Part shown: positions 48,821 to 58,880 of the stretch, piece after piece
Layout of the letters: each line of letters opens with the position of its first letter
How positions within the stretch are numbered: the stretch's first letter is position 1
IMG/VR virus record: IMGVR_UViG_3300045431_000601
Coordinates: 42,371-106,370 of that record
Reading direction: 5' to 3' (one strand)
From: a virus
Length of the DNA: 64,000 nucleotides
Notes under the pieces: model-generated
What the model was told of the DNA's origin: nothing
Databases searched by the model: none
Seen by the model: only the letters and a program-made list of their open reading frames with translations
Translations under genes and position numbers: made by a program

Positions 48821-51800
48821 AGATCTTCGTTCGTTTCAAATTTTGCACAAAAACTTTCTAAAGTTTTAGGAATAGAATTTATTTTAATAGATTTAATTTT
48901 ATCCACAGGATACACGCTGTGAGACAATAAGATAGAGTCATCTATTTTTAAAAGGTTATCATCTTTTTCTTGATTAGTTGCTTCTTCATCTAAAACGGCA
49001 AGATTTCTATTTATATTTAGACAATTAACGCATACCGTAGATGATTCGGTACCAATATATTCTCCTGTAGAAGAGCATTTTGTCTCAATTTGATAATTAA
49101 AGCATTCATTTTCTAATGCACTAAATTTATCTAATGAAATCTGTCTTATTTCTTGAGGCGCAAGACATGAATCTAGCATAACAACGTTTTTCTTTTCAGG
49201 AGTTAAACCATTCGAATACTTAATTCTTTGTCCTGCGCAGTTTTCAATCGATGTAGAAGAATTATTTTTAATAAAAATTTTACAATTACTTAACATCTTC
49301 TCTTTTTCTTCTTGAGAAGCTTTAATAAGCAAGCAGGGTTTACTGTCTTTAGGAACAAAAATTTTACAACAATAATGTAATTCTTCTGGCAAAGAAAGAC
49401 TCTCTGCAAATTGATATGCCATATATTTAATTTGAGGAACACAAGTATTTGTAATCGACCCTAAAGAGATATTAGAATAGATAATACATGAATCAATTAT
49501 ATTATTTTCGTTTATAAAACTTTCCGATACTGCATAAGAAAGCTCTTCAGAAACAAGACTCTCTTTTAAACTTCCGCGCCAACGAATTAACATATAATTA
49601 TTCAACTGATTGTTAATTTTAAAAATTTGATCGGAAGCTGAAGCGCAACAATTAGAAGAGTTTTCTTCTGTGTTATTTATAATATTTTCTATAAAATTAC
49701 GATTTATAAAATCACTATATAAATTATAAAGATTTTTATTAAGAATTTTTAAATTTTTATTAGATTTTAAGTATTCCGCATTAATTAATGCAAAACCTCC
49801 GTCATTATCGGAAAATGTAATGCTTTTTTGTACATAAAATGGTATTTGCAAACCCTGATAGTAATCAACTTTTAATTCATATAAGCCTGCGGGGTCAGTA
49901 TTTAAACCTAGGTCATTAAAAAAATAATCAGAAGAGGGTATTTGGCCAGAGACTTCCAACGTTTTAACTGATGAGTTATTAATAGAAGTAATAATAGAAA
50001 AATATATATTTTCTGTTTTTTGATCCCAGGAAGAGTCTCCATCAACGGTTGCTTGTAATTTAATTAAAGGTTTATGTTGTAAAATATTTATATTAAATTT
50101 AACTAAACCGCTTGCATCTGGTCCAGAAATTCTAGATATATTAACGCAATCTGAATCTAAGCTAGTCAAATTGATTTGTTTTTTAGAGCTAGATTTTATT
50201 TCAAATATAAAATTATCTCCCAAATTTTTTGGAGATATAGGATTATATAAAAGTTCTTGAATTTTATTTTCGATTATTTTAAGCCTAAAATGGGTAGAAG
50301 CAGAAGCCCACCTATCTGTTGCAAATTGTTCCAAAGAGATTACATATTCACCAATCTGATCGGAATTTACAACAATTTGTTTGCCATCAAATATATATAT
50401 ATTATTTGTATTAATTTCTTCTTCTTTTAAACCAGAGTTCGGATTATAAGTATAAACTTTTAATCGGAAATCCGCAGAAGAATCACTTGTCATTTCAAGT
50501 ACAGTTGAAATACCTTTTTTCGCTTGGACCTGAGGCGCTAAGGATATAATCTTATTAGCTTGCTCTGGTAATATAATTTTTTGGTTGTTAAAGTTTAGAT
50601 ATAGATTTGGTATAGCAGTTTTAATTTCTAATGTTCTAAAAATCTCCAATGGCGCATAAATATCATTGCCAGGTACTTTTATGCTTAGCGTAACAATTCC
50701 AGGCTCTTTTAGTTCCCACCCTTTTGATGCTGAATCTGGATAAGCAACAAGAGGATTAGAGCTATTTAGAATTATTCCTGATGTCGTATTCCCCAAAGAT
50801 ATATTAAAATCTGTATAAAAATATCTTCTTGCTAAAGTTAAGATTTCTGGAAAATCTGTCATTGAATATGTCTGCGTTTTTCCTTGAGCAATTATATTCA
50901 ATAAAATTGGTTCTGCAGTGCTATAAACAGTATCGCCTTGCTGGGTAATAAGAACTTGATATTGGCCAGTTGTTTTTATAAACAAACCATATTGATCCGT
51001 CAATGAATTATAGCCCCATTTTATAGGCGGAGAAAGTGGAGAGTTGAAACGTCTTGGGTCAGCCGCAGCCGTAAAACCTTCTTCTTCATAAAACGATCCT
51101 CCTTGACCGATTTTTATTGTTACGGGTAATCCCGACGAAGTAGATATCGGTAAAGACACAAAATGTCCTAATCCACTAAAATTAGAGATATTTACTTCGA
51201 TAGTATTATTAGTCCCGATTAGAGGATAATGAAATACGATAATATTTGGTAATTTAGATTGTATTTCAAAAGACACAGAATATGGCCGCAAATTAAGATC
51301 CCCTTCCAAAGCCGCAGTAATTACAGCTTTACCTTTACCAAAAAATATTAATTTATTGCCATCTTGTATTTTTGCTACATTAATATTAGAGCTAGTATAT
51401 TGTATTAATTTTCCTTGCCTTGTTGTTCCGTCGTCCGAAAAGATTTGTCCATATTTAGGCAAAACGTATTCTCTACCAAAAACATAATCCGATTGAGTTG
51501 TGCTTAGTCCAACAATCTTTTGCTCTTCTGAAGCTATTTTTATTTCAACTATTTTTACTAAATTAGCTTCTATAGGGACATTAGCAAAGACTTTTTCTGG
51601 TGAATCAATTAAATAATATCCCTGTGGTCCATTTTTTATTAGTTTTGGCGCAATAATTTTTGGTTTTAAAGTTCTCCCTTTTTCAATAAATTTAATTTTT
51701 ACTGTTCCTTTATTTATAAAAGTCAAAGAAGGATTTTTTTGCAAATCCCCTTCTCTTTCAGAGACGAGATTCACTCCATCAACAACTGTCCATTTAATGT

Positions 51801-52695
51801 TAGACATCTCTAAAAAAGCTTGAGGAACAGTTTGGGCTTCAGTTTCCGTAGCCTGTATATTTAAGTAAGAAGGTAAAATTTCTGTAGTGATTAGATTTAT
51901 CCTTCCTGGTCCACAACCCCCTCCGTAATTACAAGGTCCAGTATTAAAACATCCTCCAGTAGTAGCGCATGGCAAATTACTAGGTTTAATAAAATCTTTT
52001 AAATTTATAGTAGAATTAATGTTTACAACTCTTGGCAGAGACTCTATTAATGAATAGTTTTTTTGATAATTATCATAATCATATACAGTATCATTTTCGG
52101 GTTGTATTTGATCAATTTTTTTATAATAAATACTAATTTTTAAATTTCTTTGGTCACAAATTCTTTCAATATAGTTTTTATTACAGTAGTCTTGAGAGCC
52201 CGAACTAGCGCAGCCTTTATTCGGTATAGTCTGGCGAATTGATGGGTCATAAACCCATTCTCCGCAAGGGCAATCACAAAGTAATTCTAAACCTAAAGAG
52301 CTTTTAATATATTCGACGGGAGGTATGCCTGGACCCATGCGAGGAGTACCACCTACCCCTGAACCCCAATAATCATATTTTAAACTATTAAAACCAAAAA
52401 GCCCATAACTACCATTGCACTTGCAAGCGTCGCAACCAGCCCTTAATTTTGCTTTGTTGAGCAAATCTGTTATAGAATTAGCTTTATAAGGATATGGTCC
52501 AAGCGTCTTTAATAAAGAACCTGAGCACGTCCATTCTTCGCTGCAACTAGACGTCCAACTTCTCGGCATTTCTTCTACGACATAAACCACAAGATAATCT
52601 GGATTAGAAAGCTCTAAAGGGAATGTCTGGTCGTAATAATTAAGCGTTGAACCCTTAGGCTCTAATCCTTTTGCTTCTTGACAACCTGAATTCAT
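48817..52695 (-). CDS. Large Ig-like repeat protein with Cys-rich segments
   Basis: 1292 aa; several YTSSNxxVA...GxxxITA...GxxxY units; Cys-rich N-terminus. Confidence 0.8.
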   Translation of the reverse strand: MNSGCQEAKGLEPKGSTLNYYDQTFPLELSNPDYLVVYVVEEMPRSWTSSCSEEWTCSGSLLKTLGPYPYKANSITDLLNKAKLRAGCDACKCNGSYGLFGFNSLKYDYWGSGVGGTPRMGPGIPPVEYIKSSLGLELLCDCPCGEWVYDPSIRQTIPNKGCASSGSQDYCNKNYIERICDQRNLKISIYYKKIDQIQPENDTVYDYDNYQKNYSLIESLPRVVNINSTINLKDFIKPSNLPCATTGGCFNTGPCNYGGGCGPGRINLITTEILPSYLNIQATETEAQTVPQAFLEMSNIKWTVVDGVNLVSEREGDLQKNPSLTFINKGTVKIKFIEKGRTLKPKIIAPKLIKNGPQGYYLIDSPEKVFANVPIEANLVKIVEIKIASEEQKIVGLSTTQSDYVFGREYVLPKYGQIFSDDGTTRQGKLIQYTSSNINVAKIQDGNKLIFFGKGKAVITAALEGDLNLRPYSVSFEIQSKLPNIIVFHYPLIGTNNTIEVNISNFSGLGHFVSLPISTSSGLPVTIKIGQGGSFYEEEGFTAAADPRRFNSPLSPPIKWGYNSLTDQYGLFIKTTGQYQVLITQQGDTVYSTAEPILLNIIAQGKTQTYSMTDFPEILTLARRYFYTDFNISLGNTTSGIILNSSNPLVAYPDSASKGWELKEPGIVTLSIKVPGNDIYAPLEIFRTLEIKTAIPNLYLNFNNQKIILPEQANKIISLAPQVQAKKGISTVLEMTSDSSADFRLKVYTYNPNSGLKEEEINTNNIYIFDGKQIVVNSDQIGEYVISLEQFATDRWASASTHFRLKIIENKIQELLYNPISPKNLGDNFIFEIKSSSKKQINLTSLDSDCVNISRISGPDASGLVKFNINILQHKPLIKLQATVDGDSSWDQKTENIYFSIITSINNSSVKTLEVSGQIPSSDYFFNDLGLNTDPAGLYELKVDYYQGLQIPFYVQKSITFSDNDGGFALINAEYLKSNKNLKILNKNLYNLYSDFINRNFIENIINNTEENSSNCCASASDQIFKINNQLNNYMLIRWRGSLKESLVSEELSYAVSESFINENNIIDSCIIYSNISLGSITNTCVPQIKYMAYQFAESLSLPEELHYCCKIFVPKDSKPCLLIKASQEEKEKMLSNCKIFIKNNSSTSIENCAGQRIKYSNGLTPEKKNVVMLDSCLAPQEIRQISLDKFSALENECFNYQIETKCSSTGEYIGTESSTVCVNCLNINRNLAVLDEEATNQEKDDNLLKIDDSILLSHSVYPVDKIKSIKINSIPKTLESFCAKFETNEDL

Positions 52696-52704
52696 AATTA
52701 TATT

Positions 52705-52710
52705 TTACAC
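52705..52710 (-). promoter_or_regulatory. Putative late promoter core GTGTAA
   Basis: 9 nt upstream of ATG 52695. Confidence 0.7.
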
Positions 52711-52719
52711 TCCATATTT

Positions 52720-55700
52720 TTATTCAGTTGTTGTAATTCTATAAAAGTTAGAGACATATGGAGCATATTCTGAATAAAAATTAAAATCTTGATTTATATT
52801 GCAAGCTACTATTGTTGGTGTAGGTGTTGGTGTAGGTGTTGGTGTAGGTGTTGGTGGAGAGTGACTAACTGGAGCCGAAATATATGCAGACAACTTAGGC
52901 CATGGCGGCTCCTGGTCTCGTTTCCAAGTATACGTTTTAATAACTTCGTTAATTTTTCTAATTTCTGCATATCCAGGCGAGCTATTATACGGATCAGTAA
53001 AATTAACTTCAAACGTGCCACCAGGTATTACTTCGTAAGTATATATTTTTAATATTCCTCCTGAAAAAAATTCAGGACTTTTAGTTGGAAAAATAACTGG
53101 AAAATTTGATAAATTTAATAATGGATCTCCGTATCTTACATAAAAACCTTGTTGAAGATTAGACATTAAAAAAGTTATTTCGGTTTTTGAAGGAATAGTA
53201 GACGTTGGAGTAGACGTTGGAGTAGACGTTGGAGTAGACGTTGGAGTAGACGTTGGAGTAGACGTTGGAGTAGGCGTTGGAGTAGGCGTTGGCGGCAGAA
53301 TAAATTTATAATCAAATTTTGTATTTAAAATTTTATTTCCATTATCTAATTTCCATCTTGCATCTTCCCATGGATTAGTTACATATCCAATAGGCGAATA
53401 AGATTCTAGTATTGAATTGTCTGCTGTAGATATTTTTTTAAGCTGCCATCCAAAAGTTAAATTTTTAATAAAAAATACTTTTTCTTGAAGATTTGTTTGA
53501 TTAGTTTTTTTAATAAAAACCTTAGAGTTGTCTCCCTGAATGGGCGACCAATCATAAAAGTAATCACCTGTTAGGCTGACTTCGTCTGGACTATGGGTAG
53601 TCGCTATGCTGTTAATATATATCGTTTTATAAAAAGACTCTTCAGGTGCTACTGCGGGCGGAATAACAAGATTTGATTTAAATTTAATATCTATAAACTT
53701 ATTCGAGGGGAGTTTAGATTTATAGATTTTAAATAATTTTAGACTAATTTTATCTAAAATAGTGATTGCCGCTTCTTTTGTTTCGCTTAGATAATACTGA
53801 TTTTCTGGCATGTTAACTAGGATTTTACAGATACCTGTATTTTTTAATAGAATTCTTTGAGAATCAAGGATCTCTACTTTATCTGATGGGGTAAAGCTTA
53901 TGCTTGAGAGGGCGACCTCTTCTTTTGAGTTAAGGTTTATTAAATCTTTTAAATAAATAATTGAACCTTTTTTCCAAGCAGGATTTATTACAAAATTTAT
54001 ATTTCTTGCTTTTTTAACAAAAGACAGATTCTCTCTCACATTAACGGGCGAATAATCCGCATTACCTTCTTGTTCTGCAATTAAAGATACATTTCCTGGT
54101 TTAAGAATTGTATATTTATTTTCAATAATTCTTAGGATTTGTTCATTTGAGCTAGAGTACTTAATTAATAGTCCTGGTAAAAATTGCCCAGTCGTAGAAT
54201 CTCGATCTACTTGAGTGTTTTTAGATAAGACTCCTTCAAAAGGATATGAGTTAAACTCTAAAACTTTAGTTTTAAATTCTGGGATAGTTTGTTTCTTAAA
54301 GTTTTGTACAACAGGTATAACTAATTTTGCCTCTTGAAAATTTTCTGTCTCTGGAGAATTAATAATTATATAATAATTATTAGACTTTTTAGCTGACACA
54401 TTACCGAAATTATCTATAGATGCTACGTTTAGATTAGAGACAGCAAAAGTATAATTTGTCTTCTCTAGATTTAAAGAGAATTCGGTTGCTCCAAAATCCA
54501 CCCTTTTAAATGTCTCTTCTGTTAGATTTAAAAATATTTGAGGAGCAATATTCCTTATAAGAAATCCAGGGATCTTAAATGAATTTACGACTGTGTAATA
54601 GTTATTTTTAATAGGAGCATTTTTTGGATTAAGATTTTGGACGATTTGCGTGCCTAATCCTAATTGATTTAATATGACACTAAACCTTTGAGAAAAAATA
54701 TTTAATTTTTTATATCTTGCGCCAGAAGCATCTTCACAGAGCCATGGATAGCAAGAAAGAGAATTATTCTTGTTAGAATAAGACCAAATATCTTCTATAT
54801 TTTCATAATTATTCGTTACAAAATTATAACAAACATCGCTGCAATTAGAACCCGTATTGACATAGGGTACAACCCCATATCTAGGTGTTCCGTCTTCTTC
54901 TAAAAGGATTGAATTCACAAAAGGGATAACAGAAGACCCATTTTTTCTATCAAAAATATTAAATTTACTTAAATTATTTTTAATAATCGTGCTGTATATT
55001 TCAGATTTGTAATTAATTTTTCTTGGGTTGGGGAATACAGTTAATATAAATTTAATATTATTAAAGTTAATTTCTGCTATTCCTGAGCTCCTAAAATTTA
55101 ACCTCGTAACTTTTTTTGGAGCATAAATGTTCCAATTCGTCTTTAATTGTAAATTTGGGGTTTTCTCGGGAAACGAAATAAAAGCATCATAAGAATAAAT
55201 CGGAGTCTTCTGATCATTGTATTTCTCCAAAGGAGTGCGATTTGATAGGGCTTGCTCTAATTCTTTAGGGTAAGATAAAATATGTCTTGGTCCATTTTTA
55301 TTAAAAAGTCTTATATTTTTTATATAAGAAGTTTCTGAACCGTCAATTTCTGTAGATTTTAAATTATTTGTTTCTATTACAATTGGGCTCATCTCTGGTA
55401 AATCTGCAGAATACAAATAACCAACATAAATTTTATCATCGATAGATGTTATTGCTATAGGCTTATAAACTGGAGAAAATAAAGAAGATGGATATTTTGC
55501 TGAAGCTTTTAGCATTAAAACTCCTATAGAATTTATTTTTAAATAATATTTATTATCTATAACTAAAACCTCTCCAATCGAAGGATGACTAGAAGTTAAA
55601 TCTATTTCAGATTGGCTTATATTTTTTAAAGTAATATCTAATAAAATTTTTTGATCAAGAGAATTATTTTTTAAGATTGAGGTCGGGACCTTATCAAAAA

Positions 55701-58047
55701 GCACTTTTTGATCTAGGAAATCAAATTTTTCTAAATAAAGAGTTAAAGAGCTTTCTGCAGGATCATATTTAAAATTTCCAGGATGAGAAGCTTTAATTGT
55801 AATCGGTCCAGAAAAGAACGGATCAATGGCTTTGATAAAATTACCCGTTATTTGTACAGCAGGAGAATCTGAGGTATAAGCTATATCCATCCTTAAAGAA
55901 GGATCTATAGAAGCGTCTTGCGTAGCATCTGAAGTAGCTTTTAGTTCTAAAGGAATATTATATACAAGCGGATCTTTTGGCAACATAAAATTAATTGTTT
56001 GTGAATATTTTTTGACAAAAAATGTATATACGGTTTCTTTAGCGTAAAATCTGGCGGTTTCTTCTTGACGAACAATTAACACGTATTCTCCTGCAGCCTG
56101 AGATATTAATGAAAAACGGTTATTGTCAATTTTCATTAACATTAATTGTGGATGTGGGTCCGTTACCGATATGCCTCCATCAGAATCAGAATTAATAATT
56201 AAAACCTTTCTTTCTTTTATGAATATAGGATCGGGCAAAGACATTAAAAGATTCGGAGTCTTTTTCAAGATTAATAAATTTATTGTTAATTCTGAATATT
56301 CATATTTTTCGTCTTCTTTACAGAATATTTTTAAAGAATTCCAACCTGGCTTCAAGGGTTTTGCGAAAAATATGTCTTTATTATTAATTTTTTTTGTATA
56401 CACTTCAAAGCTTTCATTTGATATAGCCTGTATTTCTGCGTCAGAATAAATTTTTGGAATACCATAAAGCTTTGGGGGATAAGAGCAAGGGTGCCCAGGA
56501 ATACATTCGGGAGTATTTGCGTCTACTAGAAGTGGATCATTTAAAGAAAATTCTTCTTCTAGAATGACCGTCGGAATATTTGGCAAATGCTGAAAAATGT
56601 TTTTGGCCTTACTAATTCTAAAAGACTGAATCGCTTCTTCGTCAATTGCATAAAAACTATCTCCTAAAGAATACGCTTTAATTTTTGCTATCCCAGCTTT
56701 AAGAATCTTGACTTTATTCCCTATTATAGATATTATGTCTGGCGTTAAACTTACAAAATTAATAGGAAAATTATTCGGCGTAGACGCTTCAATTAAAAAT
56801 TCAGTATCTATAGCGTAAGTTTTGTCTTCTATAATTTTAAAATTTATTGGCTGATAAGTAGATAATCCATATACATCTACTTGTCCTGATTCTTGCCTTT
56901 TACAGGTTCTTCCGCAAACATTGCTATTCAAGCAAGTTTCATCCCATAAATTAATTTTTTTAATAAAATTTGATTTCCCAGGAAAATCATAACCATTTAG
57001 ATCTTGAGCAGAACAAATATGGTAGCTACTCCCGCACATAAAAATACAACGACTTTTAACTTCTATATTAGATATAAACCTTGTATATTTTGCATGTGGA
57101 AAAAATTTATCACAATTCCCGCATGTCGGAGGCCAGCATCCAAAATATTCTCGAACTCTAGCAACACTATTTAAATCTATTTGGTCAAGCCTTGCCGCCG
57201 CTACATAGACTGGTTTGCTCATAATCCCCTCTGCGTCATCCTCATAGTACCCAGGACCATTAATGGTGCAACAATTACAACCTTGTGGAGCGCCATACGC
57301 AGACATTCGCCTTGAAACTTTTGATCTAAATGCCCAAGTCTGAGTCGCTGGAGCAATTTCAAAACTTTGAATAACTTTTTGGTTGCTTAATTTTACTTCT
57401 CCGCTAGCTACTGGTAACCTAGGGACATAACAATCTGAACCCTTATAACAGGAATAGTTTCCATAAATTTGCCCATATTGGTCCGATTGTGGAAATGACG
57501 CAGGAATAGGGCAGCGACCATAAATACCAGGCGTCCATCCTCCAGGACATATTCCTCTACTTGGTATTCTTTGACTTATTCTTAAAATTTTTACTGATCC
57601 ATTTTCTAGAATTTCTTCTGTGTAGGCTATTAGATTAAATTTTCCTTCTTTTAAGATGTTTAATTTGTTGCCAACAATCGTCGCTAAATTTTCGTTAGAA
57701 ACTTTATATTTTATTGGAATAGTTGTTTCTCCAGATATTTCTTCTGAATTTTGACAATACATTCCTCCAGGGTGAAACGAACTAGGAATACAGTCGTATT
57801 TTCCAATAATTTTATAAGAACTAAATTGCGGAAGATTAATTGAGTCTCCAACTTTTAAAGAGCTTATCTGCGGCAATTGAATGAAATGATCGGTAGCCGA
57901 GCCATCAGCTATAATAGGAGTCGATGTAGGTGTTGAAACTAGACGAGGAAAGCTTGGATTTGGTATAGACGACAAGCTGGACTCAGAATTGATATTCTGA
58001 AGAATGTCTAATACACTATTAATTGTTGACCTAAGAACATCTTGCAT
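52720..58047 (-). CDS. Very large Ig-like repeat protein with Cys-rich insertions and PT linkers
   Basis: 1775 aa; Q(P/T)INF...GNKxxIxxxG...Y repeats; (PTST)n and (PT)n tracts. Confidence 0.85.
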   Translation of the reverse strand: MQDVLRSTINSVLDILQNINSESSLSSIPNPSFPRLVSTPTSTPIIADGSATDHFIQLPQISSLKVGDSINLPQFSSYKIIGKYDCIPSSFHPGGMYCQNSEEISGETTIPIKYKVSNENLATIVGNKLNILKEGKFNLIAYTEEILENGSVKILRISQRIPSRGICPGGWTPGIYGRCPIPASFPQSDQYGQIYGNYSCYKGSDCYVPRLPVASGEVKLSNQKVIQSFEIAPATQTWAFRSKVSRRMSAYGAPQGCNCCTINGPGYYEDDAEGIMSKPVYVAAARLDQIDLNSVARVREYFGCWPPTCGNCDKFFPHAKYTRFISNIEVKSRCIFMCGSSYHICSAQDLNGYDFPGKSNFIKKINLWDETCLNSNVCGRTCKRQESGQVDVYGLSTYQPINFKIIEDKTYAIDTEFLIEASTPNNFPINFVSLTPDIISIIGNKVKILKAGIAKIKAYSLGDSFYAIDEEAIQSFRISKAKNIFQHLPNIPTVILEEEFSLNDPLLVDANTPECIPGHPCSYPPKLYGIPKIYSDAEIQAISNESFEVYTKKINNKDIFFAKPLKPGWNSLKIFCKEDEKYEYSELTINLLILKKTPNLLMSLPDPIFIKERKVLIINSDSDGGISVTDPHPQLMLMKIDNNRFSLISQAAGEYVLIVRQEETARFYAKETVYTFFVKKYSQTINFMLPKDPLVYNIPLELKATSDATQDASIDPSLRMDIAYTSDSPAVQITGNFIKAIDPFFSGPITIKASHPGNFKYDPAESSLTLYLEKFDFLDQKVLFDKVPTSILKNNSLDQKILLDITLKNISQSEIDLTSSHPSIGEVLVIDNKYYLKINSIGVLMLKASAKYPSSLFSPVYKPIAITSIDDKIYVGYLYSADLPEMSPIVIETNNLKSTEIDGSETSYIKNIRLFNKNGPRHILSYPKELEQALSNRTPLEKYNDQKTPIYSYDAFISFPEKTPNLQLKTNWNIYAPKKVTRLNFRSSGIAEINFNNIKFILTVFPNPRKINYKSEIYSTIIKNNLSKFNIFDRKNGSSVIPFVNSILLEEDGTPRYGVVPYVNTGSNCSDVCYNFVTNNYENIEDIWSYSNKNNSLSCYPWLCEDASGARYKKLNIFSQRFSVILNQLGLGTQIVQNLNPKNAPIKNNYYTVVNSFKIPGFLIRNIAPQIFLNLTEETFKRVDFGATEFSLNLEKTNYTFAVSNLNVASIDNFGNVSAKKSNNYYIIINSPETENFQEAKLVIPVVQNFKKQTIPEFKTKVLEFNSYPFEGVLSKNTQVDRDSTTGQFLPGLLIKYSSSNEQILRIIENKYTILKPGNVSLIAEQEGNADYSPVNVRENLSFVKKARNINFVINPAWKKGSIIYLKDLINLNSKEEVALSSISFTPSDKVEILDSQRILLKNTGICKILVNMPENQYYLSETKEAAITILDKISLKLFKIYKSKLPSNKFIDIKFKSNLVIPPAVAPEESFYKTIYINSIATTHSPDEVSLTGDYFYDWSPIQGDNSKVFIKKTNQTNLQEKVFFIKNLTFGWQLKKISTADNSILESYSPIGYVTNPWEDARWKLDNGNKILNTKFDYKFILPPTPTPTPTPTSTPTSTPTSTPTSTPTSTPTSTIPSKTEITFLMSNLQQGFYVRYGDPLLNLSNFPVIFPTKSPEFFSGGILKIYTYEVIPGGTFEVNFTDPYNSSPGYAEIRKINEVIKTYTWKRDQEPPWPKLSAYISAPVSHSPPTPTPTPTPTPTPTIVACNINQDFNFYSEYAPYVSNFYRITTTE
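52813..52855. repeat. 12-bp coding repeat encoding (PT)n
   Basis: tgttggtgtagg x~3.5. Confidence 0.9.
53197..53292. repeat. 12-bp coding repeat x8 encoding PTPT/PTST linker
   Basis: agtagacgttgg x6 plus agtaggcgttgg x2. Confidence 0.9.
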
Positions 58048-58059
58048 TATACAATATGT

Positions 58060-58065
58060 TTACAC
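58060..58065 (-). promoter_or_regulatory. Putative late promoter core GTGTAA
   Basis: 12 nt upstream of ATG 58047. Confidence 0.7.
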
Positions 58066-58076
58066 ACATTATATAA

Positions 58077-58880
58077 TTAATAATATGGAACTTTCTTTGG
58101 TAATCCACCTACATTTATCTCTATATATCCTGCTGGGGCATTGGGTAAACTTGCTGAGGGATAGGTCAGTCCCACAAAATTAAACTTCTGAAATATTCCC
58201 GTTCCATTGATTACAGATATATTCCCTCCATCGATCTCTAATGCGTGAGTAGCTATTTTATTCTTATCTCCTAAAAATATTTTAGCATCTTGAAGACACA
58301 TATTCGTCCCTGATCCTCCCACAAATTCAAGATTTTTAATTGATAAGGAATCTACGTCAAAAGCTCCACTGACGGATATATTTCCAGAAACATATAGATT
58401 GTCTCTTATATTTACTTCTCCAAAAATATCCACAAATTTTGTGGGTTTTGCATAAGATCCAGTAAAAACAGAAAGCTTGGCTTGTTCGACTCCGACGCCA
58501 ACTCCTCGATCTAGAGCTCCTAATCTATGGCCAAAAAACATTTTTAACGATATAGGCTGATTAGTCTCTGTAGTATTTAAAAAATACAAATCATTTCCAC
58601 TTGGATTTGAATATATGCCAAACACCGTATTCTCGCCATGAATAGCGAAATTATTTAAATATTTTGCTCTAAATGTCTCTGAAATAGATTTTCCATCTAA
58701 ACTATATTGATATAATCTAAAATCATTCTTAACTTTTAGGTCTAATCTGTCTAAGGTTAGCGATTGTCTATCTTTGTGTTCTCCAGACGTAAAAGCCGTG
58801 ATCTTTAATTGCGGCTCGTTGCCTCTGTAGTTTGCAGAGATTAAACTAATATCTTTTTCTGGTATAAAAGCGCTCATCAT
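58077..58880 (-). CDS. Hypothetical fibre-like protein
   Basis: NLYVSGNISVSG shaft-like repeat; C-terminal PAGYIEINVGG...KVPYY. Confidence 0.6.
   Translation of the reverse strand: MMSAFIPEKDISLISANYRGNEPQLKITAFTSGEHKDRQSLTLDRLDLKVKNDFRLYQYSLDGKSISETFRAKYLNNFAIHGENTVFGIYSNPSGNDLYFLNTTETNQPISLKMFFGHRLGALDRGVGVGVEQAKLSVFTGSYAKPTKFVDIFGEVNIRDNLYVSGNISVSGAFDVDSLSIKNLEFVGGSGTNMCLQDAKIFLGDKNKIATHALEIDGGNISVINGTGIFQKFNFVGLTYPSASLPNAPAGYIEINVGGLPKKVPYY

Noticed and set aside
43358-58047. Diversity-generating retroelement acting on the Ig/Cys array
   Set aside because: No reverse transcriptase and no adenine-mismatched template/variable repeat pair seen by eye; cannot be excluded outside the window.
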